Shown here piece after piece: positions 9,697 to 19,875 of a stretch of 64,000 nt of DNA (positions are counted from its first letter, which is position 1; every line of letters begins with the position of its first letter). Source of the DNA: Candidatus Limnocylindrales bacterium (GTDB taxonomy: Bacteria; Moduliflexota; Moduliflexia; Moduliflexales; JAUQPW01). The position numbers were made by a program, and so were the translations under genes. The notes beneath the pieces were generated by a model, which was not told the DNA's origin, made no database searches, and worked only from the letters and a program-made list of their open reading frames with translations. The stretch is taken from contig DATMBG010000051.1 in the NCBI GenBank assembly GCA_035559535.1, forward strand, positions 434,001 to 498,000, written 5' to 3'.

Positions 9697-11214
9697 TTAT
9701 CCTTTCTTGAACAAGAGCAGAAGGGGTAGAGAGAGCAGGGTTAAGAGGACGATAAATCGGAAGGCGTCGATAAAAGATAACATCAAGGCCTGGTTATTAA
9801 CCGTATGATCGAGAAGTTTAAGAGCACCCATTCTAGCCGATACAAAGTCCTCTCCCCGGGCCAGTAAACCTTGTTCCAGGGTATTTAATCGCTGAACTGT
9901 CAGAGGATTAAGCAGATGGACATGTTGAATCAAGTTGGCCCGATGGACTGCTTCCCCTCGGGTTAATAAAGCGACCAGGATGGCAATGCCGAAACTCCCA
10001 CCGAGCTGTCGCAGAAGATTATAAATACCCGAGGCTGCGGGAATATCCTTTTTATTCAGGGTTCGCAAGGCAATAATATTCAGGGGGACAAAGGATAGTC
10101 CCAGGCCAATTCCCCGTATAACTTGGGTCCAGAACACCTCACTATGTTCCGTCTCCAGAGTATAATGGGACATCCGATAAATAGCCAGGGCAAAGAAGCT
10201 AATCCCCAGTCCTACCATATAACGGGGAGAAATTCTGTTGACCAATCTTCCTGAAATCGGCATGATCAGGGCAATGGTAGAGGCCGCATAAAAAACGACC
10301 TTGCCGGTCTCCAGGCTACTGTAATTGAGGAGGTTTTGAAAATATACCGAAATTAAAACATTGCTCCCATATAATCCAAAACCGATAATCATACTGAAGA
10401 TAGATCCAATACAAAGGGAGCGGTTTGCCATGACCCTGAGGTTAACGATGGGATTTTCTATCCTCAACTCCCACCAGACAAACAGGGGGAGTGTCAGCCC
10501 TGCTATGATGCTGAGCCAGATGATGAAGTTAGATTCAAACCAGTCTTCTCGCTCTCCCTTTTCCAAAAGGGTTTGTAAACATCCAATACCTACGGCCAGC
10601 AAAATAAATCCAATATAATCTACCCGGGTATTTACCGGTTTTAAGTAAGGAGGATCTTCGATAAAGAAAAACACCAGAAAAAAAGCCAAAATGCCGATAG
10701 GGAGGTTAATATAGAAAATCCAGGGCCAGTCGTAGTTATCGGTAATCCATCCTCCCAGGGTCGGACCCAGGGTCGGACCTACCATCATACCCAACCCAAA
10801 AATGGATGTTGCCGTACCCTGTTCTTCCGGTGGGAACGTTTCCATGAGGATAGCCTGGGAAGTAGGAACGAGGGCACCTCCTCCGATTCCCTGAATAATT
10901 CGGGCAAAGACAAGGAAATAGAGGTTTTGAACAAAACCACAGAAAAATGAAGCTATGGTAAAGATGGCAATGGAAACGAGGAAATAGCGTTTTCGACCGA
11001 ATTGAATACTCAACCAGCCGGAAAGGGGAATAATAATCACATTGGCAACGATGTATCCGGTGACCATGAGGGTTATTTCATCCAGGGTGGCCCCTAAATT
11101 GCCCATCATATCCGGCAGAGCCACGTTAACAATACTGGCATCGATGATTTCCATCATCGTCCCTAACATGACGGCCAGGGATATAATCCATTTATGTTTT
11201 ACAGATCCGCTCAT
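9697..11214 (-). CDS. DHA2/EmrB-QacA family MFS efflux permease (paralog B)
   Basis: 14-TM pattern, DASIVNVALP, FGRKR, GPTLGG, WIFYINLPIG. Confidence 0.93.
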   Translation of the reverse strand: MSGSVKHKWIISLAVMLGTMMEIIDASIVNVALPDMMGNLGATLDEITLMVTGYIVANVIIIPLSGWLSIQFGRKRYFLVSIAIFTIASFFCGFVQNLYFLVFARIIQGIGGGALVPTSQAILMETFPPEEQGTATSIFGLGMMVGPTLGPTLGGWITDNYDWPWIFYINLPIGILAFFLVFFFIEDPPYLKPVNTRVDYIGFILLAVGIGCLQTLLEKGEREDWFESNFIIWLSIIAGLTLPLFVWWELRIENPIVNLRVMANRSLCIGSIFSMIIGFGLYGSNVLISVYFQNLLNYSSLETGKVVFYAASTIALIMPISGRLVNRISPRYMVGLGISFFALAIYRMSHYTLETEHSEVFWTQVIRGIGLGLSFVPLNIIALRTLNKKDIPAASGIYNLLRQLGGSFGIAILVALLTRGEAVHRANLIQHVHLLNPLTVQRLNTLEQGLLARGEDFVSARMGALKLLDHTVNNQALMLSFIDAFRFIVLLTLLSLPLLLLFKKG

Positions 11215-11216
11215 AC

Positions 11217-12734
11217 TTACCTTTTTTTGAATAAAAATAAAAGGGGTAAGGACAACAAGATCAGAGTGACAAGGAACTGGAAGCTGTCTACAAAAGATAA
11301 CATAAGTGCCTGGATATGAACGGTCTGATCCAGGAGTTTCAGGGCTCCCAGTTTAGCAGAGACCAAATCTTCTCCCCGGGCCAGCAACCCTTGTTCTAAG
11401 GTATCGAGTCGTTGAACGACCAGGGGATTGAGTGTATGGATATGCTGAATGAGATTTACCCGATGCATGGCCTCTCCCCGGGTAAGTAGTGCCACCAAAA
11501 TGGCGATTCCAAAACTACCCCCCAATTGACGCATCAAATTATAAATCCCTGAGGCCGATGGAATATCTTTTTTATCCAGGGTTTTCAAAGCAATGACATT
11601 CAGAGGAGCCACAGACAACCCAAGGCCGATTCCTCGAATGATCTGATTCCAGAATACTTCCTCATATCTGGTCTCCAGGGTAAAGTGGGACATACGATAA
11701 ATGGCCAGAGCAAAGAAGCCTACCCCGGTACCTACCAGATACCGGGGAGAAATCTTATTAAGCAACTTCCCAGAAATAGGCATTACGACAGCAATAGCTG
11801 CTGCCGAGTAGAAGAAAAATTTACCGGTTTCCCAACTGGTATAGTGGAGAAGATTCTGAAAATAGACAGAGATTAATACCAGGCTTCCATATAATCCAAA
11901 CCCTATGATTGTTGTAAAGATCGTTCCAACCCAAAGGGAACGGTTGGACAGTACACGCAGGTTGACAACCGGGTGATCTGTTTTAAGCTCTCGTAAAATA
12001 AATAGGGGTAAAGTTATCATTACTGCGAGGCTCAGCCAGGTAATAAGTTTAGATTCAAACCAATCGGCCCGTTCTCCTTTCTGTAAAACGGTTTGCAGAC
12101 ATCCAATTCCTATAGCCAATAAGATAAATCCCATGTAATCGATACGAGAGCCAGCAGGTTTTAAGTAAGGGGGATCTTCGATGAAGAACAAAACCAGGAA
12201 AAAGGCTAGAATTCCCAGGGGAACATTGATGTAAAAACTCCAGGACCAGTTGTAATTATCGGTTACCCAGCCGGAGATGATGGAACCCAGGGACGGGCAG
12301 ACCATCATCCCAAATCCAAAAATAGACATGGCGGTCCCCTGCTCTTCCGGGGGGAAGGTTTCCATAAGGACAGCTTGAGAGGTAGGAACCAGGGCACCTC
12401 CTCCAATTCCTTGAAGAATCCTTATTAAAATAAGGAGATAAAGATTATGGACAAAACTGCATAAAACCGACGCTATGGTAAAAAGTGAAATGGAAACCAG
12501 GAAGTAGCGCTTACGACCAAACCGCATGCTCAGCCAACCAGAAATGGGAACAATAGTTACATTGGCTACCATATAACCGGTCACCAGCCAGGTAACCTCA
12601 TCCAGATTTGCCCCCAAACTCCCCATCATGTTGGGAAGAGCAATATTGATAATACTGGAGTCAATGACTTCCATCATCGGCCCCAGCATAACGGCGAGGG
12701 AAATGACCCATTTATGTTTAATCGGCTCCTTCAA
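11217..12734 (-). CDS. DHA2/EmrB-QacA family MFS efflux permease (paralog A)
   Basis: Same length (505 aa) as its neighbour and collinear with it; DSSIINIALP, FGRKR. Confidence 0.93.
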   Translation of the reverse strand: MKEPIKHKWVISLAVMLGPMMEVIDSSIINIALPNMMGSLGANLDEVTWLVTGYMVANVTIVPISGWLSMRFGRKRYFLVSISLFTIASVLCSFVHNLYLLILIRILQGIGGGALVPTSQAVLMETFPPEEQGTAMSIFGFGMMVCPSLGSIISGWVTDNYNWSWSFYINVPLGILAFFLVLFFIEDPPYLKPAGSRIDYMGFILLAIGIGCLQTVLQKGERADWFESKLITWLSLAVMITLPLFILRELKTDHPVVNLRVLSNRSLWVGTIFTTIIGFGLYGSLVLISVYFQNLLHYTSWETGKFFFYSAAAIAVVMPISGKLLNKISPRYLVGTGVGFFALAIYRMSHFTLETRYEEVFWNQIIRGIGLGLSVAPLNVIALKTLDKKDIPSASGIYNLMRQLGGSFGIAILVALLTRGEAMHRVNLIQHIHTLNPLVVQRLDTLEQGLLARGEDLVSAKLGALKLLDQTVHIQALMLSFVDSFQFLVTLILLSLPLLFLFKKR

Positions 12735-13621
12735 TTAGCTCTGGGATGATACCGGTTATAGATCTCTCGCAATCGGTGCCCGGCAATGTGGGTATAGATT
12801 TGAGTTGTGGAAATATCCGAATGCCCCAGCATCATTTGTAGGGATCTGAGGTCTGCGCCTCGTTCCAGCAAATGAGTTGCAAAGGAGTGTCTCAGCGTAT
12901 GGGGAGAAATCGCCGGGTTTAACCTGGCTTTGCGCAGGTATTTTTTTATGATTTTCCAGAATCCCTGGCGGGTAAATTTATCTCCAAAACGGGTCAAAAA
13001 AAGATAAGGCACTGAAGGGTTTTTAACTAATTTTCCCCGGGCACGCTCCAGATACTGTCTTACAAATAAGATGGCTTCACTTCCCAAAGGAATCAGACGT
13101 TCCTTGGATCCCTTCCCAACACAAATAATATATCCCATTTCTAAATTAACCTGCTGGAGGGTCAGGGAGATCAACTCGGAAACCCGAACTCCGGTGGCAT
13201 ATAAAACCTCCAACATGGCTTTATCCCGGAGTCCACTGGTTGTAGAAACATCGGGAACTGCCATCAGCCTGTCTACTTCCTTCAAACTCATGACTTGGGG
13301 TAATTTACTTTCAGTTTTAGGAAATTCAAGATATAAGGTCGGATCCTCCTGGGTGAGTCCTTCTGAGATTAGAAAGCGGTGAAATCCTTTGACAGTACCC
13401 ATCATCCTGGCTATAGAAGTGGGGGCCAGTCCCTGGGCTTTGAGCCGGATCTTATAATTCCAGATCTCCCGTTTAGTAATCTGGGTAAGGTCCGTAATCC
13501 TTGAAGTTTCCAAAAATTTTAGATATTTTGTTAGATCCCGTCGATAAGACTCCAGCGAATTCTGAGCCAATCCTTTTTCCACTGTAAGATAATTTAAGTA
13601 AAGCTCCACAAGATGGTCCAT
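12731..13621 (-). CDS. xerD: Tyrosine recombinase XerD
   Basis: YATGVRVSEL, GKGSKER, TRQGFW, SPHTLRHSFATHLL, LGHSDISTTQIYTH. Confidence 0.95.
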   Translation of the reverse strand: MDHLVELYLNYLTVEKGLAQNSLESYRRDLTKYLKFLETSRITDLTQITKREIWNYKIRLKAQGLAPTSIARMMGTVKGFHRFLISEGLTQEDPTLYLEFPKTESKLPQVMSLKEVDRLMAVPDVSTTSGLRDKAMLEVLYATGVRVSELISLTLQQVNLEMGYIICVGKGSKERLIPLGSEAILFVRQYLERARGKLVKNPSVPYLFLTRFGDKFTRQGFWKIIKKYLRKARLNPAISPHTLRHSFATHLLERGADLRSLQMMLGHSDISTTQIYTHIAGHRLREIYNRYHPRAN

Positions 13622-13694
13622 AGATCCATATTTACAATAATTTAACGGCTAAGTCAATGGAAAATCAGGGTCATTATTCACCTGGATGATTTTT

Positions 13695-13840
13695 GTATCC
13701 GTATCCATTTAGTAGGTGGAAAAAGAAGTACCCTCTGCCCCTCCAGGGGGGATTCAGCAGCAGCAACCCTATGTCAGTCCCTCCTGGAGGGGGGGGTGTT
13801 CAGACAGAAAAAGTGACACCTACTAAATTGGTATAGTTAC
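13695..13840. mobile_element. MITE with ~24-bp TIRs and a 9-bp target-site duplication
   Basis: TIRs gtatccgtatccatttagtaggtg / cacctactaaattggtatagttac; atgattttt on both flanks (13686-13694, 13841-13849). Confidence 0.85.
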
Positions 13841-13859
13841 ATGATTTTTCTGTTGCCCG

Positions 13860-14340
13860 TTGAAGATAACCGTATTAAAGTTAAATATGCAAAACGGTCT
13901 CCAGTTGATACAGAGGAGTAGGATTGGAATAGGCATATCTATTTATCCAGCTTATGGTTTAAAATCCGGAAATATCGAAACTCCACTGCCTGCATATAAC
14001 GCTCCTTTCGACCTTTCCTCAGAGGCTGAGGGAGACTTCTATAGAGCCAGATTCTCCTTCATAAGCTTACTTCCTACCGGAAGAGGTTTTGATAAGCAGG
14101 GTAACTTCTTCAGGGCCTGCTGGAGTACCAACGGAGTTATTAAAGTAACTTCAGATAAAAAAGTTCTTATTTTTGCAAAAAACCTTAAAACTTCCCCAGG
14201 CCTTACTTTTGATAAGGAAAGAAACTCGCCGGTCACCCGTTTGAAGGGAAGTGAAGTTGTCAGAATAACTCCCACAGGTAAATGGATTCCTTTGTGAAAG
14301 GGATTATAGGGTCTAAAGGAGTTGGGTCGGGTAAAGCTGG
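13860..14340 (+). pseudogene. Degenerate NHL/SMP-30-like beta-propeller fragment
   Basis: Eroded PxG(L)xFDxxGN blades (PTGRGFDKQGNF, SPGLTFDKERN, VVRITPTGK); homology appears to continue past a frameshift; directly downstream of the MITE. Confidence 0.45.
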
Positions 14341-14477
14341 AAAATACTAATCCGTTTAAAGGCCGTGGAGTAAAAGCTTTAAATAAATTTGAATTTACTT
14401 GCAAATTGATCTACCAGAAGGCTTTAGAAAAACTTTAAACTCAGAGGCGAAAGCCGAACAGGACAAGGAGGGATCCT

Positions 14478-15731
14478 ATGCAAGTACAAGCCGAACTTGT
14501 TGCTATCGGTACGGAGCTTTTATTAGGACAAATCGTTGATACCAATGCAACCTATATTGCGCAGCAACTTAACGCCATTGGGTTGAACCTTTTTTACAAA
14601 ACAACGGTTGGGGATAATGCCGGTCGCATAAAAGAAGTTTTGGAGCGGGCTCATAACCGGTCTCAAGTGGTAATTACAACGGGAGGGATAGGACCTACCG
14701 AAGATGATTTAACCCGGGAGATGGTAGCCGAAGCAACGGGACGTAAGCTAGTTTTTCAGCAACATTTGATGGATCAAATTGAAGCAATATTTAGAAGTCG
14801 GGGTTTTACCAGTATCAGTCCGAATAACCGAAAACAGGCATTTATCCCGGAAGGGGCCATCCCCATTGAAAATCCCGTAGGAACAGCCCCTGGGTTTATC
14901 GTGGATGATGAAAAGGGGGTTATTATCAGTATCCCGGGAGTTCCATCGGAAATGAAGTATCTGATGGAGAAGACCGTTATTCCTTTCTTAAAAAAGAGAT
15001 TTGGATTGAAGGGGCTTATTAAATCAAAGGTTTTAAAGAACAGTGGTATCGGAGAAAGCAGGATAGACCATATAATCGGAGATCTTATTGTCAACAGTTC
15101 CAATCCTACTGTAGGACTGTTGGCCCATGTAGGCCAGGTAGATATTCGGATTACTGCAAAGGCAGAGGATGAAGCTACGGCAGATCGACTTATTGCAGAG
15201 ATGGAAGCAAAAATCCGGGAACGACTCCCTAACCAGATCTTTGGAACCGATCAAGATACTTTGGAAGGGGTTGTGGCAGAAACCCTCAAAAGGCAAAATA
15301 AGACCCTGGCCGTGGCGGAATCTAACACGGGTGGACTTATTGCTTCCAAGCTATCGACTACCCCGGAAGCCCTCTCTATCCTTAGAGGTTGTGTGACTAC
15401 CTTGACAGAAGAGGCAGTCGTAAGCCTGTTGGGAGTTCCTCGGGAGTTGATCCAGGAACAGGGTCTGGCCAGTGCCCGGGTAGCCGAGGAGATGGCTTCT
15501 AGAATTCGATCCCTCACCGGTGCTAGCTTGGGGTTGGGGGTTGCGGGAATCCTCAACTGGAATGAGAAACAACCCCCGGAGACCCCTCCCACGACCTTTA
15601 TCTCTATTGCAGGGTTGGGTCCGCAACCTGTTACAGAAAAATATGGAATGGGAGGGCCTGCAAGTTTCGTGCAGACCCGAATTGCCATGATGAGCCTGGA
15701 AATTCTCAGAAGAAAATTGATTAACGCCTAA
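14478..15731 (+). CDS. cinA: CinA-family protein (MoCF-like pyrophosphatase + PncC-like domain)
   Basis: GTELLLGQIVDTN, GGIGPTEDDLT, PGVPSEM, AESNTGG. Confidence 0.93.
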   Translation: MQVQAELVAIGTELLLGQIVDTNATYIAQQLNAIGLNLFYKTTVGDNAGRIKEVLERAHNRSQVVITTGGIGPTEDDLTREMVAEATGRKLVFQQHLMDQIEAIFRSRGFTSISPNNRKQAFIPEGAIPIENPVGTAPGFIVDDEKGVIISIPGVPSEMKYLMEKTVIPFLKKRFGLKGLIKSKVLKNSGIGESRIDHIIGDLIVNSSNPTVGLLAHVGQVDIRITAKAEDEATADRLIAEMEAKIRERLPNQIFGTDQDTLEGVVAETLKRQNKTLAVAESNTGGLIASKLSTTPEALSILRGCVTTLTEEAVVSLLGVPRELIQEQGLASARVAEEMASRIRSLTGASLGLGVAGILNWNEKQPPETPPTTFISIAGLGPQPVTEKYGMGGPASFVQTRIAMMSLEILRRKLINA

Positions 15732-15835
15732 AGTGTTTTGGGTTTTTAAGTGCCCTAAAGAACCTAAAAGGAATTAAAATTAAAAGATCCTTCGGGCACT
15801 GAAGTTAATTCAGACACTTTAGCCCACTGAAGTTA

Positions 15836-16927
15836 ATGAAGTTAGGTATTATCGGTCTTCCAAACAGTGGAAAGACAACGTTGTTTAATGTACTTACGGG
15901 GCGCCAGGTACAGACGGGTACCTTTACGCCCGCCGATGCGGAACCCAACATCGGTATTGTAAAAGTACCCGATGAACGACTGGATAGGCTGGCCGAAATG
16001 TTCCGACCAAAAAAAGTGACGCCGGCTACTGTGGAGTATATCGATATAGCCGGATTGAGACGAGAGGGGGGTGTGAAGGGGGAATTAGGTAAGGAACTTC
16101 TGTTTCACATCCGAAATGTGGATGCACTGATTCATGTCGTAAGAACCTTTAAGAATGATAAGGTTCCTCCCGCCGGCGGAGACATTAATCCGGAACGAGA
16201 TATTTCCACCGTCAATCTGGAACTGACTCTGTCGGATCTGGATATTGTGGAAAAACGGATGGAACGGGTTGAAATCAATATCAAGAAGAAAGGAGAAAAG
16301 GAGGGAGTCGCAGAACTTCAACTTCTAACCAAATTGAAACAAAATTTGGAAGCCGGCATTCCCATTCGGCAGTTGGAGTTATCGGAAGATGAAAAAAAAC
16401 TCATCAAAGGTTTCCAATTTTTAACGGCCAAGCCCATGCTGATCGTTTTAAATATCGGTGAGGAAGAACTCAAATTCCCGGAGCGTTATCGGGATTTAAA
16501 AGAAAAATACCAAAGCCTGGGTATCCCTGTCATCGAGCTTTGTGCAGAAATAGAAAGCCAGATTTCTCAATTAGGGGATAAGGAAACCGAAAAGGCTTTT
16601 ATGGAAGACCTGGGGATCAAGGAATCCGGATTAACCCGGCTGATCCGGGTTTCCTATGAGCTTTTAGGACTCATCTCTTTTCTGACTGCAGGTAAGGAAG
16701 AAGTACGGGCCTGGACGATTCGAAAAGGAACCAAAGCTCAACAAGCCGCGGGAGTTATCCATTCAGATATGGAGAAGGGATTTATCCGGGCTGAAGTGGT
16801 TAGCTATGAAGACCTTATTAAAAGTGGGTCTCTGGCAGCTGCCAGAAATAAAGGGCTTCTTCGACTGGAAGGAAAAGACTACATAGTCCAGGATGGAGAT
16901 GTGATGGAGATACGGTTTAACGTTTAA
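15836..16927 (+). CDS. ychF: Ribosome-binding ATPase YchF
   Basis: GLPNSGKTT, DIAGL, AAGVIHSD, GFIRAEV, EGKDYIVQDGD. Confidence 0.96.
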   Translation: MKLGIIGLPNSGKTTLFNVLTGRQVQTGTFTPADAEPNIGIVKVPDERLDRLAEMFRPKKVTPATVEYIDIAGLRREGGVKGELGKELLFHIRNVDALIHVVRTFKNDKVPPAGGDINPERDISTVNLELTLSDLDIVEKRMERVEINIKKKGEKEGVAELQLLTKLKQNLEAGIPIRQLELSEDEKKLIKGFQFLTAKPMLIVLNIGEEELKFPERYRDLKEKYQSLGIPVIELCAEIESQISQLGDKETEKAFMEDLGIKESGLTRLIRVSYELLGLISFLTAGKEEVRAWTIRKGTKAQQAAGVIHSDMEKGFIRAEVVSYEDLIKSGSLAAARNKGLLRLEGKDYIVQDGDVMEIRFNV

Positions 16928-17028
16928 AATATCTGTAACATTTTAAGTTCTCAAGCGCTCTGAAGGGCCTAAAGTGAGTCAAAGTTAATTTTATGCTTTA
17001 GGTACTTTAGACTCCTTAGCTCAATGCA

Positions 17029-17442
17029 ATGACCTTTGAGGAAATCCGAGCCAGTGCAGACAGATGTTTTGGATGTGGACAGGATAACCAGGTAGGGCTT
17101 AAACTTCAATTTCATGAAGTAGAAAAAGGGGTTGTTCGTGCAAAAACCATCCTCTCGACCCCTTACCAGGGTTATAACGGTATTGCCCATGGAGGAATCA
17201 TATGTACGCTTTTAGATGAAGCCATGGCCTATGCCGCTCTTTATGCCAGCCGGCCCGGTAGGGTTTCAACTGCTCGCATGGAGACCCGATTTTCAAAACC
17301 CGTTCCCATTGGAAAAGAGATTTACATCATGGGATGGGTAGCCGGCAGGAAAAGAAATATTCTCGAAACCGAAGGTAAAATTCAGTCCCCAGACGGGGAT
17401 ATCTTGGCTTCAGCCACGGGGAAATACGTCTGGGTGGGATAA
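17029..17442 (+). CDS. PaaI-family hotdog thioesterase
   Basis: CFGCGQDNQVGL, HGGIICTLLDEAM. Confidence 0.9.
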   Translation: MTFEEIRASADRCFGCGQDNQVGLKLQFHEVEKGVVRAKTILSTPYQGYNGIAHGGIICTLLDEAMAYAALYASRPGRVSTARMETRFSKPVPIGKEIYIMGWVAGRKRNILETEGKIQSPDGDILASATGKYVWVG

Positions 17443-17507
17443 CTCCTTACAGGAATCACACCTAGAGAACCTTCCAGACAGGACCCGAGACCCCAGAAAA
17501 AATCTAC

Positions 17508-17575
17508 TAGGAATTGGGAATTAGGGATTAGGAATTGGAGATTTAATTCCCCCAATTCCCAATCCCTAATTCCTA
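17508..17575. repeat. Inverted heptamer tandem repeat (STRR-like hairpin)
   Basis: (ggaattg/ggaatta/gggatta)n followed by (cccaatt/cccaatc/cctaatt)n. Confidence 0.8.
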
Positions 17576-17799
17576 AATAATAGAGAGATTGCAGTCAGTC
17601 CCTTGATACCGTTTTGGGCATGGGGTCTCCCCTATCAAAATTCCCCTTTGGGGTTTAACTTCCCTAAAGAAGGAATCCGGATTCCTGCAAGTCCTATTGG
17701 GAAATACACGACCTTAAGCCCTCCTCAGATCTTCCTTTCCTTCTGTGATTTGATTAAAAGAGAAAAAACTTTTAAAAATCTCTTGATTTTTGCCTCTCT

Positions 17800-18192
17800 T
17801 TGGTTGGAAAATCGCTTATACTTTTTACCGGAAATTGCAAAGGGCAAAAGGTAAAAATAACTAGGCTCATTGTTGTCTTTTGCCCTTTGTCTTTTGTTTT
17901 AATGTTTTCAAAATTGGGTGTTGACTCGGTGATTTACTTTGTTTTATCGATTATTTTGATCTTTTTATTAAAGGGATTACTTTCTAAAGAAACGGGAATT
18001 TTTAAAGTTCACGAGGTGATGCGAATCAAGGCAAGATTGATAGAAGAAATCCACCAGCTCGAAGAAGAAAATAAAAATCTGGCAGATGAAATCCTATCCC
18101 TACGTAAGGATCCTTTCTGGACCGAAAAGATTGCCCGGGAAGAGTTGGACATGGTTAAACCCGAAGAAATTGTCATCAAGGTTCGCGAATGA
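17800..18192 (+). CDS. ftsB: FtsB/DivIC septum formation initiator family (probable start ATG 17902)
   Basis: TM helix, coiled coil, EKIAREELDMVKPEE. Confidence 0.85.
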   Translation: MVGKSLILFTGNCKGQKVKITRLIVVFCPLSFVLMFSKLGVDSVIYFVLSIILIFLLKGLLSKETGIFKVHEVMRIKARLIEEIHQLEEENKNLADEILSLRKDPFWTEKIAREELDMVKPEEIVIKVRE

Positions 18193-18240
18193 AATGATTC
18201 GGGGGTTATTTCATTTTATTCGCCTTTCAGATCAGGAGTC

Positions 18241-19032
18241 ATGGGAGTCCGCTTAAAGAAAGCAGGAATTTATGCAGGTTTTCTCTTCTTAGGAACCTTT
18301 TTTCTGAATCCTCCGATCTCCGGTTATCCTAAAGGTCCGGTTCAGTATGTAACCAACGCGGGACCTTTTTGTGCCTCCTGTCATTCCGTTGCAGATCCAG
18401 AGTATCTAAGAGATCTTCCTCCAGAGAAGATTCCAGAGCAATTGATCGAATATAAGCATTATAAAGCTATCCGGGATGGAAAAGGGCCCTACGAGCAGGT
18501 CAGTCCCGAGGATCGGGCTCGATTACTGGAAGATGTCAGAATGGTAGATATAAATGCCAAAGTTTCCCTCCAGGCCCCCCCATCTGCCAAACCGGGAGAG
18601 ACGATTAAGGTCATGGTTACCACCCAGGGAGGAGCAGGCCCGGTGATAGGAATTATGCTCGTCGATATTAATCTACGAGATCAGGCAAGTCCTGTGTCTG
18701 CAACTGGCTGGGAAATCCTGGAAGCTCCTCAGGTTATTGGACCCGATGGAAAATCTCAAACTTGGTGGTTGGAGAAGCGTCTTCCGGAACTTAAGAGGAA
18801 TATCAACTTTATTTTGGTTAACGGAATCAAATCCGACCTTGCTGAGAAAAAATTTCCGGAGGCAAGGGTTATTTACACCTTGAAAGCTCCTCAAACCCCT
18901 GGAGAATATACCCTTACCGCAGCTTTCTTGTACGGAACCGAAAAAGCTTCCCAGATAGGGCTCAAGGGAGGGATCCTGGGACCTTCGGGGCGTATTCTCT
19001 TTTCAGAGGTTATAAAGGTCAGGGTAGAATAG
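18241..19032 (+). CDS. Exported monoheme c-type cytochrome with a C-terminal beta-rich domain, function unknown
   Basis: Signal peptide, single CASCH, Ig-like C-terminal pattern. Confidence 0.7.
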   Translation: MGVRLKKAGIYAGFLFLGTFFLNPPISGYPKGPVQYVTNAGPFCASCHSVADPEYLRDLPPEKIPEQLIEYKHYKAIRDGKGPYEQVSPEDRARLLEDVRMVDINAKVSLQAPPSAKPGETIKVMVTTQGGAGPVIGIMLVDINLRDQASPVSATGWEILEAPQVIGPDGKSQTWWLEKRLPELKRNINFILVNGIKSDLAEKKFPEARVIYTLKAPQTPGEYTLTAAFLYGTEKASQIGLKGGILGPSGRILFSEVIKVRVE

Positions 19033-19162
19033 GGTAAAACTCAAGAACCCATTTCAAAAGGGCTGAACAAAAGCCGGAATGGAGGGTTACATGTCCCTGC
19101 CGTAAGGCAAAATGTCACCCTTCTTTTTGGTCGGATTCAAGAAAGGAGGTTAGAGATAATTT

Positions 19163-19846
19163 CTAGGACCTGAACAACCGCGTATACAAGAATTCGTGTT
19201 GCATTCCCCGGATATCCAGGGCCGGGGTAAATGGAGCTAGATCTTCCTTTTTACCTGTAAGGACCCGATGGACTACCTCCCATATGATAGGATGAAGATC
19301 CCGGATAAGCTTCTGTCCCTCTACCTGTCCTAAAGCAAAGAGGCGAATGGCCGCCGAGATCATGGAAAGTGTCCAGGAGGAAAGGTAGGTCTGTAGGGCT
19401 TCTTCCCTATGAATTTTCAAAATGAAGCATCCGGCTCCATAGGCTATGGCATAATGTCCCTGCATTTTTCCCTGGGTGATAGCCTGGAGGAGTTGGCTCA
19501 GAAGAGGGTCCGGATAGACCTCTTGAAGGGTTTTTAAAAATCGGATCCCCATTCGAATACTGGACTCACGGAAAGCTTTTACCGGTTTAAGGGCTGTCAA
19601 TAACCCATCCAGCTCCAAAACCTCTTTCAGGTTCTGCTTCTCGAGTGCTTCCAGGGTTAACTTTAAAGCCAGGGCATCCCCTTTTCCTTTTCCCTGTCGG
19701 AGAGCGGTCGTTAATAACTTTAGCAGATTTTCCTTAGAAAGGCTATGGGATTGAGCATAGGCTTCTAGCCCTTCCGAGAAAGAGTAGGCTCCAATAGGGA
19801 AGAGAGAATCGGCTATTTGGAGAAGTCGAAGATGTCGAAGGCCCAT
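19163..19846 (-). CDS. ureF: Urease accessory protein UreF
   Basis: DSLFPIGAYSFSEGLE, GQVEGQ, HEFLYTRLFRS. Confidence 0.95.
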   Translation of the reverse strand: MGLRHLRLLQIADSLFPIGAYSFSEGLEAYAQSHSLSKENLLKLLTTALRQGKGKGDALALKLTLEALEKQNLKEVLELDGLLTALKPVKAFRESSIRMGIRFLKTLQEVYPDPLLSQLLQAITQGKMQGHYAIAYGAGCFILKIHREEALQTYLSSWTLSMISAAIRLFALGQVEGQKLIRDLHPIIWEVVHRVLTGKKEDLAPFTPALDIRGMQHEFLYTRLFRS

Positions 19847-19875
19847 ATTTTAGGAAAAATTAAATTCTTTTTTTG

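Noticed and set aside
12731-13621. Prophage or island integrase
   Set aside because: XerD-specific motifs and housekeeping context; no phage genes nearby.
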